Shown here in pieces: positions 1 to 13,110 of a stretch of DNA of 64,000 nucleotides. Each line of letters starts with the position of its first letter. Position 1 is the first letter of the stretch. A program made the position numbers and the translations under genes. The stretch is from Octopus sinensis (taxonomy: Eukaryota): contig NC_042998.1 of NCBI RefSeq assembly GCF_006345805.1, positions 202,492,001 through 202,556,000 on the forward strand, in the 5' to 3' direction. A model generated the notes under the pieces. That model did no database searches and was not told the DNA's origin. It saw nothing but the letters and a program-made list of their open reading frames with translations.

Positions 1-74
1 TTTGAAATTCATACATGTGTGTACGTGCTTCAGTTTTTGGTGGGGATGGACTTGTGTGGCCATATAAATATACA

Positions 75-122
<48 letters not shown>

Positions 123-249
123 GACATTCTTACATACATACACATTCTGTTATTTTTCAACGTGTAGAATAAGTGCTCAATACACTATGTGGCGTGTGTC
201 TATTATCCCATTCATATTCAGGAGTTCTTTTCTCTTCTGTATTCAGTTG

Positions 250-1050
250 GCCTTGGTAATGTTCTAATGTTCTGATTGAACCGCAATTTCATCTACCGCT
301 GCTGTTTCCTTCTCTGAAATTTACCCTCTTTACTGCTCGTATATTTAAAAATGATAGTCTAAAGTTTACAATAGAACGTTTCTTCTTTTCAAAGCGAATA
401 TTTGTAACATTTCAAGTATTCAGGAGCCGTTTATGTAGGGAATGAAATTGTCTATTATTGCCTTGTTTAACTTTGTATGACAGTGTTTTTAATTAAATTC
501 GGAACAGTTGTCAATAGAGACGTTGCGTTACATTTTTGAACACTTACATAATGTGGATGTGAGTTGTGTGTATCCTTTGCATCCTTCGGATGGAACTCGT
601 TTTGTCTGTTTGTTCTTGCTATATTGTTGCTTCGTAGATAATTATCTTACCTGTATTGTTTTATGGGGGTGGACACTTTTCTCTTAAGTGGCTTCTTGAT
701 GTCTGCCCATTGTATTTACATCCCTTTTCGCGTATAGTTTAGTAGTTATGTAGCTAATTATACATTAGACAGCGTGTTTTGTTTTTGCATTTTGTGCTCT
801 TGGGACTAACTTTTGAGATGTTTCTGCCGAATAGTTTGTCGTAACCACGACTAATTGACAACTGCTTCTAGATTGATGTTAGAAATTAGTTAAATTTGTC
901 AATATGTTCATGCTAAAGGATGGGTTTAAGCAAACGATGACTATTTTCCCGGTTTTGTTTGGCTTATAACCTTTCTTTTTCTTCGAGTGCATTTATTCTA
1001 ATATTCATAATTTGTCTACATTTCTATCTTCTAATTTTCTAATTTTACCC
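250..1050 (-). mobile_element. Decayed Penelope-like element, 3' part (RT linker plus GIY-YIG endonuclease remnant)
   Basis: Minus-strand translation gives RKIVIVCLNPSFSMNILTNL (cf. PLE IIWFNPPFSKNVKTNI) and KCPPP*NNTGKIIIYEATI (cf. CPLxGxCLxxxIIYEATV); many stops and frameshifts. Confidence 0.7.
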
Positions 1051-1399
1051 ACTTCTTCTTCGCTTATACAGCTTCAATAAACAACATTGCTTAGTTGAAT
1101 TCTATCTTTTTTTTGTGTGTGATTATGTAGAGATTGTACAGCATTTGTTGCCCTGTAAGTTGTTTATTGTTGATAGCAGTTAGCAGAAATACCATTTGTT
1201 GTATCCAGTGGCACTTCATTGTATATTTGTCAGCAATGTACCAGGAGGTAACCACAAGGCAGTTAAAGGTATAATACATAGAAAACACCTAATGCTAAAA
1301 TATTGATACTTTTGCCAATCAAAGCTAAAATTTAGATCATGAATATTATAGTGAGAGAAATGATGTCAGTTGGTGGGTGTGCTTTCGTATCCCATATTG

Positions 1400-2000
1400 C
1401 AGCCAAAAAGTTATTTTTTAAATATTAAATCCAGAAGATTGAGCATATTTTTCACCAAAGTCATAATGCAATCGACGTATCGTATCTTGAATCTACTGTT
1501 AGTGAATAGCAGCAGGGGTTATAGTCAAATCACTTTACCTATCAGGGCACTATACTCAGTAAGGTGATAGACTCAGTAACGAATGAGGTTACAGGATAAG
1601 CAAGGTCGATTCGGCATTTGAAAAACAGAGAAAATAAATCTGGTTTAACCAGCTGTTGGCGCTATAGAAGTGGAAATTCTACCGAGTACTATTCTTATTA
1701 CACAAATCGGAGACAGTCGTTTTACTGAAAACAGAAAAATGCATCTTTTCACAATAACACACATGAAACAAATAATGAAAATTTCTTCTGTGGAAAGCGA
1801 AACTCCTCAACACCTGAAAGATTTTGATGGAAGAAGACCACAACTTTACAAAGAAGAAAATGAATCGACAAAGCAAATACAATTGTTTCGCGATACGGTA
1901 AACGATGGTGGACCTCGATTGCGATATTAAAATGTAAAGTCGATGCCGACGAATGGATTTCAGCAGCTAATGAGATACAGTCAATAGGGAGAATGATTCA
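1400..2000 (+). mobile_element. Decayed RTE/BovB-like LINE, post-RT region
   Basis: HFTYQGTILSK at ~1528 (cf. FTYLGSTLS) and KWKFYRVLFLLHKSET (cf. KLKVYRAVVLxxLLYGSET). Confidence 0.6.
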
Positions 2001-2674
2001 TTTCTAATGCTAGAAATTGGGACGTTTAATATATATAAACAATTATTACTAAATATTGATTTGCGAGTGAAAGTGCAGTGTTCTATGGTGGGTGAATGTG
2101 GGGGGGGATGGAATACAGTATGACAAAATTCAGTTATGTTATCCTGACCAAACTATTCATAACAAAAGGTCGGAATAACCGAAGTGGAAGGTAAGGCGTG
2201 TTCGTTTTGACAGCAAGTATGAAGGAATCCATTGGATGATATAACACAAGAGAGGTAGAAATTGGAAGAAGAAGTGGGCGCGGGTGACTTAAAGTGGCCT
2301 ACGATAGATATCGGAAACGTATAATTACAAGACCTGCTAATCCTGACATATGGCACATGCACCATCCTATTTATCTAAACATCATATGGACCTGTCAGCC
2401 ACTCAATACCGTGGAACATGCGCTTAAATCTTCAATTCAAGCAGAATTATGCACACACTCTCACACACGCACGCACATATACAGGCACACAGATATATCA
2501 CTTAACCATAAACCTATTAACATGCCTCCCACCTGGAACATCACTGATTTCTATCTAACACGTTATGCATATACAATGCTCGTAGATATTTCTCTCTTAC
2601 CATGCAACATAAGCTCGCATTCATCAACCACGTAACCTGTTGTATCATATATACATATATATATATGTATATAT

Positions 2675-2907
2675 GGTGCCGAGCTGGCAGAAACGTTAGC
2701 GCGCCGGGCGAAATAATGCTTAGCGGTATTTCGTCTGTCGTTACGTTCTGATTTCAAATTCCGCCGAGGTCGACACTGTCTTTCATCTTTCGGGGTGAAT
2801 AAATAAAGTACCAGTTTCGCACTGGGGTCGATGTAATCGACTTAATCCCATTGTCTGTCCTTGTTTGTCCCCTCTAAGTTTAGACCCTTGTGGGCAATAA
2901 AGAAATA
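2675..2907 (+). mobile_element. tRNA-derived SINE, family S1 (full length)
   Basis: A-box-like TGGCAGAAACGTTAG, B-box-like TTCAAATTCC, central CTTTCATC(C)TTTCGGGG..ATAAA domain; more than 10 copies in the window. Confidence 0.9.
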
Positions 2908-2932
2908 TATATATATATATACCCGAGCATAA

Positions 2933-2984
<52 letters not shown>

Positions 2985-3602
2985 ACAGATAGATAATGTA
3001 TGACTGTATTTTTTTCAATACCTGTGCATGTGTGTGCATATGTATTAAATTTGTCCCTAAGATTATTGATATATGTTCACTAGACAATACTTGGCTCGCT
3101 GATAGAAGCTAACAGACCAGTTATATTCGAATTCTGACTAAGGGCAGAAAAATGAAAATGTGATTGATCTGAAGAGTTTCAATTTTTTCTTCAAACTTCA
3201 TCAAAAACAGAATAACCCACATGGCAAGAGTTAGCGAAAGCTATTTAACGATTATGCAAACTAGGATACAGTAAAACTTGTTTAGATATTCATATAAGAT
3301 TTTCAGTATCGAGAAAACAGGTTAATAGATTCATATATAGTGCACTGCAGAGATATTTGGAAAATTTTGAGTGCATGTTATACTATACTACTGCCTGACA
3401 TCCGTAAGATAAAACTAGCAGAGCGTGAGCTTAATTTACCTTTCACAGAGAAGGGAAAATTATATGCTTATTATAAACGGATTCCAAATATCTTTTATTT
3501 CAAAATAGCTTTGCAGTTCACTATAAATTAATATTTATACATACATATACGTGTGTTTTTTTATAGATAAATGAAAGAATGGAGTCGAACGGCGATTTAA
3601 CA

Positions 3603-3707
3603 AAATTCCTTTATTCTCGACATATGTTTCGAAGACTGCATATTCCTAATTCCGAAGGAATAAAGGGTGCATTATGCCGTCTTCTCATCAGGAAAGACAA
3701 GGAACTT
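3603..3707 (-). ncRNA. Type I hammerhead ribozyme motif (left arm, mirror copy)
   Basis: Reverse complement of the right-arm motif; core at 3685-3691 (TCATCAG on +); the single difference lies outside the core. Confidence 0.88.
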
Positions 3708-3790
3708 ATGTCAGCATCATGACGAACAAAAACTTTTGGACTCCATGTGGGCAGTCATCTAAAAGTTTTTGTTCGTCATGATGCTGACAT

Positions 3791-3895
3791 AAGTTCCTTG
3801 TCTTTCCTGATGAGAAGACGACATAATGCACCCTTTATTCCTTCGGAATTAGGAATATGCAGTCTTCGAAACATATGTCGAGAATAAAGGAATTT
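3791..3895 (+). ncRNA. Type I hammerhead ribozyme motif (right arm)
   Basis: CTGATGA 3807-3813; stem II GAAGAC/GTCTTC; GAAA 3868-3871; palindromic helix III ACATATGT; GTC cleavage triplet 3877-3879; stem I TTTC/GAGA, 3x3 internal loop, then 9 bp AAGTTCCTT/AAGGAATTT. Confidence 0.88.
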
Positions 3896-4849
3896 TGTTA
3901 AATCGCCGTTCGACTCCATTCTTTCATTTATCTATAGTAAAAAACACAAATATCCACACGAAAGCATGTGATTTCTGCCCTTGGCATGTAGATTCAACCG
4001 TGCTTTCTGACGTAAATTTGCTACCCGGGTATCGGTTAACCGAATTATCCATACTAGGATAATTCATTCAACTACATATACGTGTGTATATATATTTACA
4101 GATGCATACCGCATACACACACACACACACTCCCATTAGAGCGTAAGTTATGGTATACTCGATCTCTTGTGTTTTAAACTTGCCTTTTAAACCCAGTCAG
4201 TCAGAAGCTGTTTCAATGGGGGTAGATTGGGCTCTTGTTTTGAAACGAAGCCGTGATTACGACAACCAATATAAGAGAATAAAACTCTGAATTCATATTG
4301 ACTTACCACTGGTGGCTTTCAGTCTCCTTTTGAGGAAATGCTTAGAGGCTACTCCGAAATAAAACCCTGCAATCAACTTAATACTAGTCATCTTGCTTTG
4401 CTTGTCACAGGAATCTACTATTTTGTTCCAAAGAGTGGCAAAATGTTGTACAAGCATTTGTCACTGAAATCCAATGGAATACGGATGTCGGCGACCAAAC
4501 GCCATCATCGTACAATTATTTTAAAAGTCCTATGGTGATAGAGGTGTGGTGATATGTGCAAACTTGACCGGTTGGAAGCATACAGCTACAAATCTGCACA
4601 TAAGGCGGAAGGGTTCTTATCTTAACATCGCTAGCATGTTTTCATGGGCAGGAACTGTTTTCGGTGGAGAATGCTGTGTCTGAGCAGCTCTTTTAAGGAA
4701 AACACCGCTCACCTGAATATACTGAGAAGGTGCTAGAATAGGTGCACTAAAAATGTCTGTCTTTTCTCTGCTGGTTAGTTTATTGCGGCTAACTGTGGTT
4801 CAATTTAACAAGAACTAACAAAGAATTGAGATAAACAATGATAAGTGTG

Positions 4850-5600
4850 CAAGGAATAAAGTCTCTCTTAACCTTGCCTGTTGGAACGTGATAACTCTTT
4901 TAGATCGAGCAGATAGGTCTTAAAGGTTGATAGCTCTCGTAACTAAGTAGCTGAGGCGTCTTAATGTTGATATTGCAGCTCGTTCTGAAAATAATATGTC
5001 CAGACGATGATCGCCTCGTCGAAGAATCAACAGGTTTCACATTATTCTGGGTTGGAAAGCCGAATGGAGAAAGATGGAAGATGATTTTGGGTTTGCAATC
5101 AGAAGTGATTTGCTAAAGGTCCTAGAACAACCACAGCACATAAACAAAACGTATAATCGTAGACGCTTTGCAACTGTTTTCTATATTTATGCTCCTACAC
5201 TTTCAGCTATTGAAGAAAATATTCTTGCATTTTATGAGGAGCTTAGAATAAATGTTCTGTCAGTTCACTTGAATGAGAAGTTGGTTGTGTTTGGTGACTT
5301 TAATGCACGTGTTGGTAGAGACCATGGTGCTTGGAATGTACTTGGGCGTTACGGAATAGAAAAGGTGAACAATATTGGGTTGCATCTACTACAAATGTGC
5401 TCTGAGCTAGGGCTGGTTGTTGGAAATACATTCTTTCATCATAGCTTGAAGCATAAATTTACCTGGATTCATTCAAGATCAAAGCAAGATCACGTGCTTC
5501 AGATTATATTAACTCGGAAAGCTGACTTACTAGATTTCTTCAGTCTCAGAGTATTGCAGGTGCTGATTGGGATACTGATCAGAAAATGGTTAGGGCTAAG
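4850..5600 (+). mobile_element. RTE/BovB-like LINE, APE endonuclease domain (pseudogenised); 4500-4850 probably its 5' UTR
   Basis: LNLACWNVITLLD, LNVDIAA, GFAIRSDL, IYAPTL, VFGDFNARVGRD, GNTFF, TWIHSRSK motifs; overlaps ORF 5074..5610. Confidence 0.88.
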
Positions 5601-5620
5601 TCCTAATTAGGGTCCGCAAG

Positions 5621-5919
<299 letters not shown>

Positions 5920-6134
5920 ATTTCAGCTAAATTATTCTGCTCCACACTGGTGTTTCTCTGGGCAAGCGTTCTTTCTGAAGAACTGCCTGAGTGATTGAAG
6001 AATAAACAGCACTATTCAGGTCGGTGTTTGATAAATCTATCGCCCGAGGATTATCCAGAGTAACATGCGAAGTATCTAGTTGAAATATATTTTATTGTGC
6101 CATCTTCTGGAGTACTGGTTCTCCTAGGCTTTAC

Positions 6135-6172
6135 TACATATACATACGTACATACATACATACGCTTACACT

Positions 6173-6219
<47 letters not shown>

Positions 6220-6239
6220 GAATGTGTAAATATACATGG

Positions 6240-6270
<31 letters not shown>

Positions 6271-6322
6271 ATGCATGCATATATATATAATACATACACG
6301 ACACACATACACACACACACAC

Positions 6323-6365
<43 letters not shown>

Positions 6366-6381
6366 TGTATACATATATATG

Positions 6382-6412
<31 letters not shown>

Positions 6413-6423
6413 ATATATATATA

Positions 6424-6462
<39 letters not shown>

Positions 6463-6466
6463 TATG

Positions 6467-6497
<31 letters not shown>

Positions 6498-6500
6498 ATA
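6135..6500. repeat. (CA)n/(TA)n compound microsatellite
   Basis: Direct inspection; source of the IY/HT-rich ORFs. Confidence 0.97.
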
Positions 6501-6599
6501 TTTCTGTGTCAGTCTGTACACGTGCGGGTGCATAAAATAGAACCTATCTGGGAGTAATAGAGCTAGAAAGCGAAAAACATTAAACATATATATATAGAC

Positions 6600-6950
6600 A
6601 TGGTTATATAGATACCATTTTTTTTTTGTTTTTGCTTCGGGGGTCTTTCTGTTGTTTTGACTATTGCAACAATGGAACAAACGTGTTAATCATGATGTCT
6701 TAGTCTGTGAAATGATGTCGGCTTTATTGGATTTTCCATTATATTCTATTTTTAAAGGTGAGATGGTGTTCAAGATTAAGTATATATAATATTAAAAGCC
6801 AAAAAAGACAACATAAATCACTAAGAGATAAAATACTGTGATAGACTTTTAATGGTGGGGGAGTTACAGCGTTTTTAGCTGTAGTGTTGTTTATCTCTGT
6901 ATATTTATAATTTTTTTGTGCGTGGATTTTAACATTTTACATCAAGTAAC
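6600..6950 (-). mobile_element. Possible highly decayed PLE 3' (GIY-YIG C-terminal) remnant
   Basis: Weak similarity only (LFHCCNSQN, cf. CRHxN terminus). Confidence 0.25.
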
Positions 6951-7029
6951 AATAGAGTATAAGCAAAAAATGAATAAATAAATAAATAAATGAATACGAG
7001 GATTGATTGAATTCTCTTGAACCTTTGGA

Positions 7030-7420
<391 letters not shown>

Positions 7421-7469
7421 TAACGTATGAAAACTCGTGTTTAAACTGCTGCCTTAGATATTCTTACTG

Positions 7470-8030
7470 ATAAATGGCAAGAAAGATCTCTCAATGTCAA
7501 ATACCCAAACAGAGCTAATAGTGACGGTGTTGATAAAGCCCTCACCCAATAATGGTTACTGCCTTCTGGCATAAATCAGAAAAGGAGGTTTATCATAGCA
7601 GACCAAGATTAATGCCGACCTAGAAGAAACTACCAATTCAACATATTAAAGAACGGCAGCTGTCCAACATGTCGTGTATGTCAAACAGCAAAAGGAATCT
7701 ATTGATCATGCTGTTTCCATATGCAGTCTTCTTGCGCCTAGAGAGTATCTCGACAGGCATGATAGAGCAGCACAATATATTCACTGGGTCATTTGTAAAA
7801 ACCTGGACTTGCCCCATGATAAAAACTGGTGGGAACACAAACCACCTCCAGTGCTTGAAAATGATCGCATCCTCTGGAACTTCACCATTCAAACTGACAG
7901 AAAGATAGATGCAAATAGGTGAGACATCATATTGAAAGACTTCAGACAAAAAATCACGCCTCCTCATTGATATGATTATCCCAATCGATATAAATATATC
8001 TGCCAAGACCTACCAAATACTATGCAAGGA
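7470..8030 (+). mobile_element. R4/Dong-clade non-LTR retrotransposon, zinc finger plus restriction-like endonuclease fragment
   Basis: CPTCRVC..ESIDHAVSICSLLAPREYLDRHDRAAQYIHW..ILWNFTIQTDRKIDANR*DIILKD. Confidence 0.88.
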
Positions 8031-8379
8031 ATGAGCAAAAGGGGCTGATTACTACTTGACACAGATACCAGGAAACACCAAAATGTTAGAAGTTCAAACG
8101 ACAATGATCATGGGATCTGGCCATATCCTACCTAAAATACTGTCTATGTAATCTCAAGTCTCAAATTTTAAAACAAATACATTGATAGTTCAGCACTTCT
8201 TTCTCCATATCATTGCAGTTCATGTTGGTTTGGGAGGAAGAGCATTTATGAGAACTTGCTTGTCCGTGGCAACCGGAGGTAGACTCTTTTTCTCTCTTGG
8301 TTTGGGAGTGGGTATGTGCGTGGGTGTGAAAGTAGGTGTAGGAGTATTGAGCACTTGTTTAAGATTTTACGCTTATAGT

Positions 8380-9317
8380 GTTTGTAATGTTAGCAACAGT
8401 GGGACTTTATTTTTTCTTGTTTCAGAGCAGAAATCCTTTAAGTGAGTCACAGATCTACATATGTAGCATCTTCACTTTCTACCTTCCACGAACACTGACA
8501 GGTGAATACCATCCGGGAGATCGATTAGATCGGACAGCTGGTCGATATGGTCCTGCTTGCATTACAAGATCCGTTCCATACGTATACCTAACCAGCTTTG
8601 ATGAGATGAGTTTCTTGACCGGCAGTATTGTGATTCGTCTTCTTCTAAACCTGCCAAGACGGCTTCCAATAACCAGGTGATGGATATTTCTGGCAGCACA
8701 TTCGACACCTTAATCTTGGCAAGGTGTTGGCCGCGGTAGCTGGAGTTTAAGGAAAAGTTGTCATTCCTCAAAGTAGTCGCGGAATTACTTCTAGCTTTTT
8801 CTTCCGTCCCAAATCTCACCTCAATAGTTCCTAACTTCTTTCCCATGGTGATGTAGGTCTTTTGTTCCCACATGGGCCCAAACCATTTTTATATTTCGCT
8901 CTCTGCAGCATTTTCCAGACGCCGAGGCTTGACTCCGATGCAACAATATGTTACCGTGCACCTTGCGATATTTTTTATCCCATCGGATGAAAGGTTTAGA
9001 GCTACCCTTCTCCAATCTCCTTTTACAATTTTTCTTGCCAATTTTAATTCGTCTTCATCTATGTGGAAACTTGCCATATTTCTCGCCGCCGCTAGCGCAA
9101 AAGAAACGGAAGACATATTTACGTTTTTATGTTTCGTTTCTCTCGTGTTGTTGATGTTGTTACTGTCATCGTCGTCGCTGCTGCTGTTGATGTTGCTCTT
9201 GGGCGAAGCGGTCTTCGTCCCAGAGCTCGAAAGATGGGAGAAGTCCGAAACGTGGTCCTTTGCTATTCGTAAGACCCTCAGAAGAGAAGGCAGGTCAACC
9301 CCCGACACCGAGAGCAT
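8380..9317 (-). mobile_element. Tx1/L1-like LINE ORF1 relic (RRM-like region plus one CCHC knuckle), frameshifted; possible ORF2 start toward ~8040
   Basis: LGTIEVRFGTEEKA..KIKVSNVLPEISITWLL and PDGIHLSVFVEGRK*RCYICRSVTHLKDFC; exact CX2CX4HX4C at 8427-8468. Confidence 0.72.
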
Positions 9318-9376
9318 CGACGGATGGATGAATGCGCATCCAGGCTCAGCGGTTGCGTAGGAAGTCGGGGACAAGG

Positions 9377-9481
9377 AACAGGAAGAAAGAGTGAGAGAAA
9401 GTTGGAGCGAAAGAGTACAACAGGGGTCGCCACCACACCCTCCTGGAGCCTCGTGGAGCTTTAGGTGTTTTCGCTCAATAA
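9377..9481 (-). repeat. Headless copy of the S3 SINE body directly upstream of the Tx1-like ORF1
   Basis: TTATTGAGCGAAAACACCTAAAGCTCCACGAGGCTCC..CTTCCTGTT shared with 9679-9781. Confidence 0.9.
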
Positions 9482-9492
9482 GGAGGAAGGAA

Positions 9493-9856
9493 GCACTCCG
9501 TCGGTTACGACGACGAGGGTTCCGGTTGATCCGATCAACGGAACAGCCTGCTCGTGACATTAACGCGTAAGTGGCTGAGCACTCTACAGACACGTGTACC
9601 CTTAACGCAGTTCTCGGGGATATTCAGCGTGACACAGAGAGTGACAAGGCCGGCCCTTTGAAATACAGGTACAACAGAAACAGGAAGTAAGAGTGAGAGA
9701 AAGTTGTGGTGAAAGAGTACAGCAGGGATGACCACCATCCCTGCCGGAGCCTCGTGGAGCTTTAGGTGTTTTCGCTCAATAAACACACACAACGCCCGGT
9801 CTGGGAAACGAAACCGCGATTCCGCTGCCCTAACCACCGGGTCATTGCGCCTCTAC
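9493..9856 (-). mobile_element. tRNA-derived SINE, family S3 with tail A
   Basis: Head GAGGCGCAATGACCCGGTGGTTAGGGCAGCGG (A box), body shared with 19325-19617, tail ending CGTAACCGACGGAGTGC. Confidence 0.88.
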
Positions 9857-10316
9857 GCAGCTGTTGCTGTTGTTTCCGTTGTCGATATCGAATGTTTTTT
9901 ATGTTTTGACGTTGCTTAGCGACGAAACATTATTCGCCTCGGTGATGTCATTAAGTTTAGGACATTCGATGCTCTTTTTCTCAATTTTTACCTCGTTTCC
10001 TTTTTTCCGGACAAGGAGCGCGTTCCCTTGTCGAACATTATGATAGCTTCTTTATCAGCCATCTTTAAATAATTAAAGGAAATTGCAAAATATTTGTTTA
10101 GTGAAAATTCAAAAACTATTGATGCACGTCTCCTGTAAAACTGGGGAATTTTCTACACAAAAATACTATTTACGCACTTAAGATAATCTCAGAAATGGAA
10201 CAGTAACAATAAAAATAAAAACACCGGACCTAAGAAGGCCGAAAAGATTACAAACCTTTTTCAACTTAGGGAAAACGAAATTTCCGTGACTTCACAGTAT
10301 TGTGGCCATACTACTA

Positions 10317-10364
10317 CTAATACTAATACTACTACTACTACTAATAATAATAATAATAATAATG

Positions 10365-10426
<62 letters not shown>

Positions 10427-10583
10427 TACTACCCATGTATTTTAATTTAACTTAAAAAAGAAATGAACGAACTATTGAGTTTAGTTTAATGGCCTACCAA
10501 TGTATACTATGAGTTTCTTTGCCCTAAGAGTCGGGAAGACACACGGCAAGAAATGGAAGCAAATTTGAAAGAAGAAAAATAAA

Positions 10584-10639
<56 letters not shown>

Positions 10640-10640
10640 C
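10317..10640 (+). repeat. (TAA)n tracts (10317-10428, 10583-10639)
   Basis: Direct inspection. Confidence 0.95.
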
Positions 10641-11498
10641 AGGCACAAACCTGAAATTTTGGGAGAGGGAGTAAGTCGATAACTTTAACACCAGTCCTTA
10701 TCTGGTATTTATTTTACCTACCCTGAAAGGATGAAAGGGAAAATCGTCGACCCTGGAGGCATTTAGACTCAGAACGTGAAAAACAGACGAAATAACGCTA
10801 ATCATTTCGTCCCGCGTGTTATTGAGTCTACCAACTCGCCGCGTTAATAATAATAATAATAATCCTTTCTACTACAGACATAAATTTGGCGGGAGGGGAC
10901 TAGTCGATTACATCGACCCCAGTGTCAACTGGTACTTATCTTATCGACGCCATAAGGATGAAAGGCAAAGCTTACCTCGGCGTAATTTGAACTCAGAACG
11001 GAGCGACGGCCGAAATACAGCTAAGCATTTCGTCCAGGGTGCTAAAGATTCTGCCAGATCTTCGCCTTAATAATAATAATACTTCTACTATAAATGCAAG
11101 GCCTGAAATTTGTGGGGAGGGGACCACAGTGTTTCACTGGTACTTAATTCATTGAGCCCGAAAGTATGAAAGGGAAAATCAAACTCGACGGGATTTGAAC
11201 TCAGAACATAGCGACAGGTGAAATGCAACAAAGCAATTCGTCCAGCGTGCTAACCGTTCTTACTTCTTTACTGCCCACAAGGGGCTGCACACAGAGGCGA
11301 CAAACAAGGACAGACAAACGGATTAAGTCGATTATATCGACCCCAGTACGTAACTAGTAGTTATTTAATCGACCCCGAAAGTATGAAAGGCAAAGTCGAC
11401 CTCGCTCGGCGGAATTTGAACTCAGAACGTAACGGCTGACGAAATACTGCTAAGCATTTCGCCCGGCGTGCTAACGTTTCTGCCACCTCATAGCCTTA
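10641..11498 (-). mobile_element. Four tandem same-orientation S1 SINE copies (10641-10845, 10862-11068, 11081-11259, 11260-11498)
   Basis: Each has CCC.GAAAG.ATGAAAGG.AAA.TC..ATTTGAACTCAGAAC on +; the first three are separated by short (TAA)n. Confidence 0.88.
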
Positions 11499-12229
11499 AA
11501 AATAACAGGAAGAAGGAGGAGGAGGGGGTGGAGGGAGGAGGAGAGGAGGAGGTTAATAAAAACGAAAACGAAAAAAATGAAAAGAACAACTACAATAAAT
11601 TTCAATATATGAAATTGAAGAAACTGAACAACACCAGATAGAAAAAATTTTTTAAAAAACTGGACTAAAAGATAAAATAAGCAACAACAGCAAAACCATC
11701 ATCCTCATCACTAACACCATCACCACCGTCAGCAACAATTGTAATGAAAAAGAACAAGAGGAACAGAAACTAAATAGCTGTAAAGCTACACAGTGCTGCA
11801 ATCGGAACATAATACTGCACTTTACGCTGGTCTTTGAAACATCTCGGTCTTTTAATATATTTCTTTGTCATAAGTATTTTTGAAGTAGAAAGCTTAATAT
11901 TTAGCTATTGAGGGAGATGGAATACAAATTTATTTGAAATTAGTTTTCTCTGTTTCGTTTTGCATTTCAAATAAAAATAATGAAATTTTAGTGTTATAAA
12001 TATACATTATGTCTTCTTTTTTTTCTAATCTTTTGTAGCCACAAAGAAAAAAAAAATCTTGCTGTTAATGTCGTTGGCGTTATTCTGTTAGATACATTTT
12101 CTTTCTGTCTTTTTGGGGGGTTTTTGTGTTTCTTTTCTTTTCTTGAGGTTACTGGAAAAGAAACGAGATTTTATAGTAGTGTTTATTCGGATTAATATTT
12201 GATACAGTCACATAGAGCGAGATATATGT

Positions 12230-13110
<881 letters not shown>

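Larger units (their letters stand above)
3562..3936. repeat. Near-perfect inverted repeat (176-bp arms, 23-nt spacer), PLE terminal-repeat-like fold-back
   Basis: 3562-3737 is the reverse complement of 3761-3936 with one mismatch seen (C3677/A3821). Confidence 0.97.

Noticed and set aside
4500-4850. HDV-like ribozyme in the RTE 5' UTR (GGCTAA word at ~4787)
   Set aside because: I could not build P1-P4 pairing by eye; the sequence is too decayed
6051-6680. Long IY/YI/HT/CV-rich ORFs here and throughout (e.g. 12671-13161, 21615-22029, 50815-51378, 61182-61781)
   Set aside because: Translations of (TA)n/(CA)n/(GATA)n microsatellites, with no coding signal
8889-9593. 234-aa ORF as a host gene
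   Set aside because: Its N-terminal half is translated SINE sequence; the remainder is a frameshifted retrotransposon ORF1
10641-11498. CRISPR-like or satellite array
   Set aside because: The units are ~200-nt diverged SINE copies in a eukaryotic context, with no constant repeat/unique spacer pattern and no cas genes
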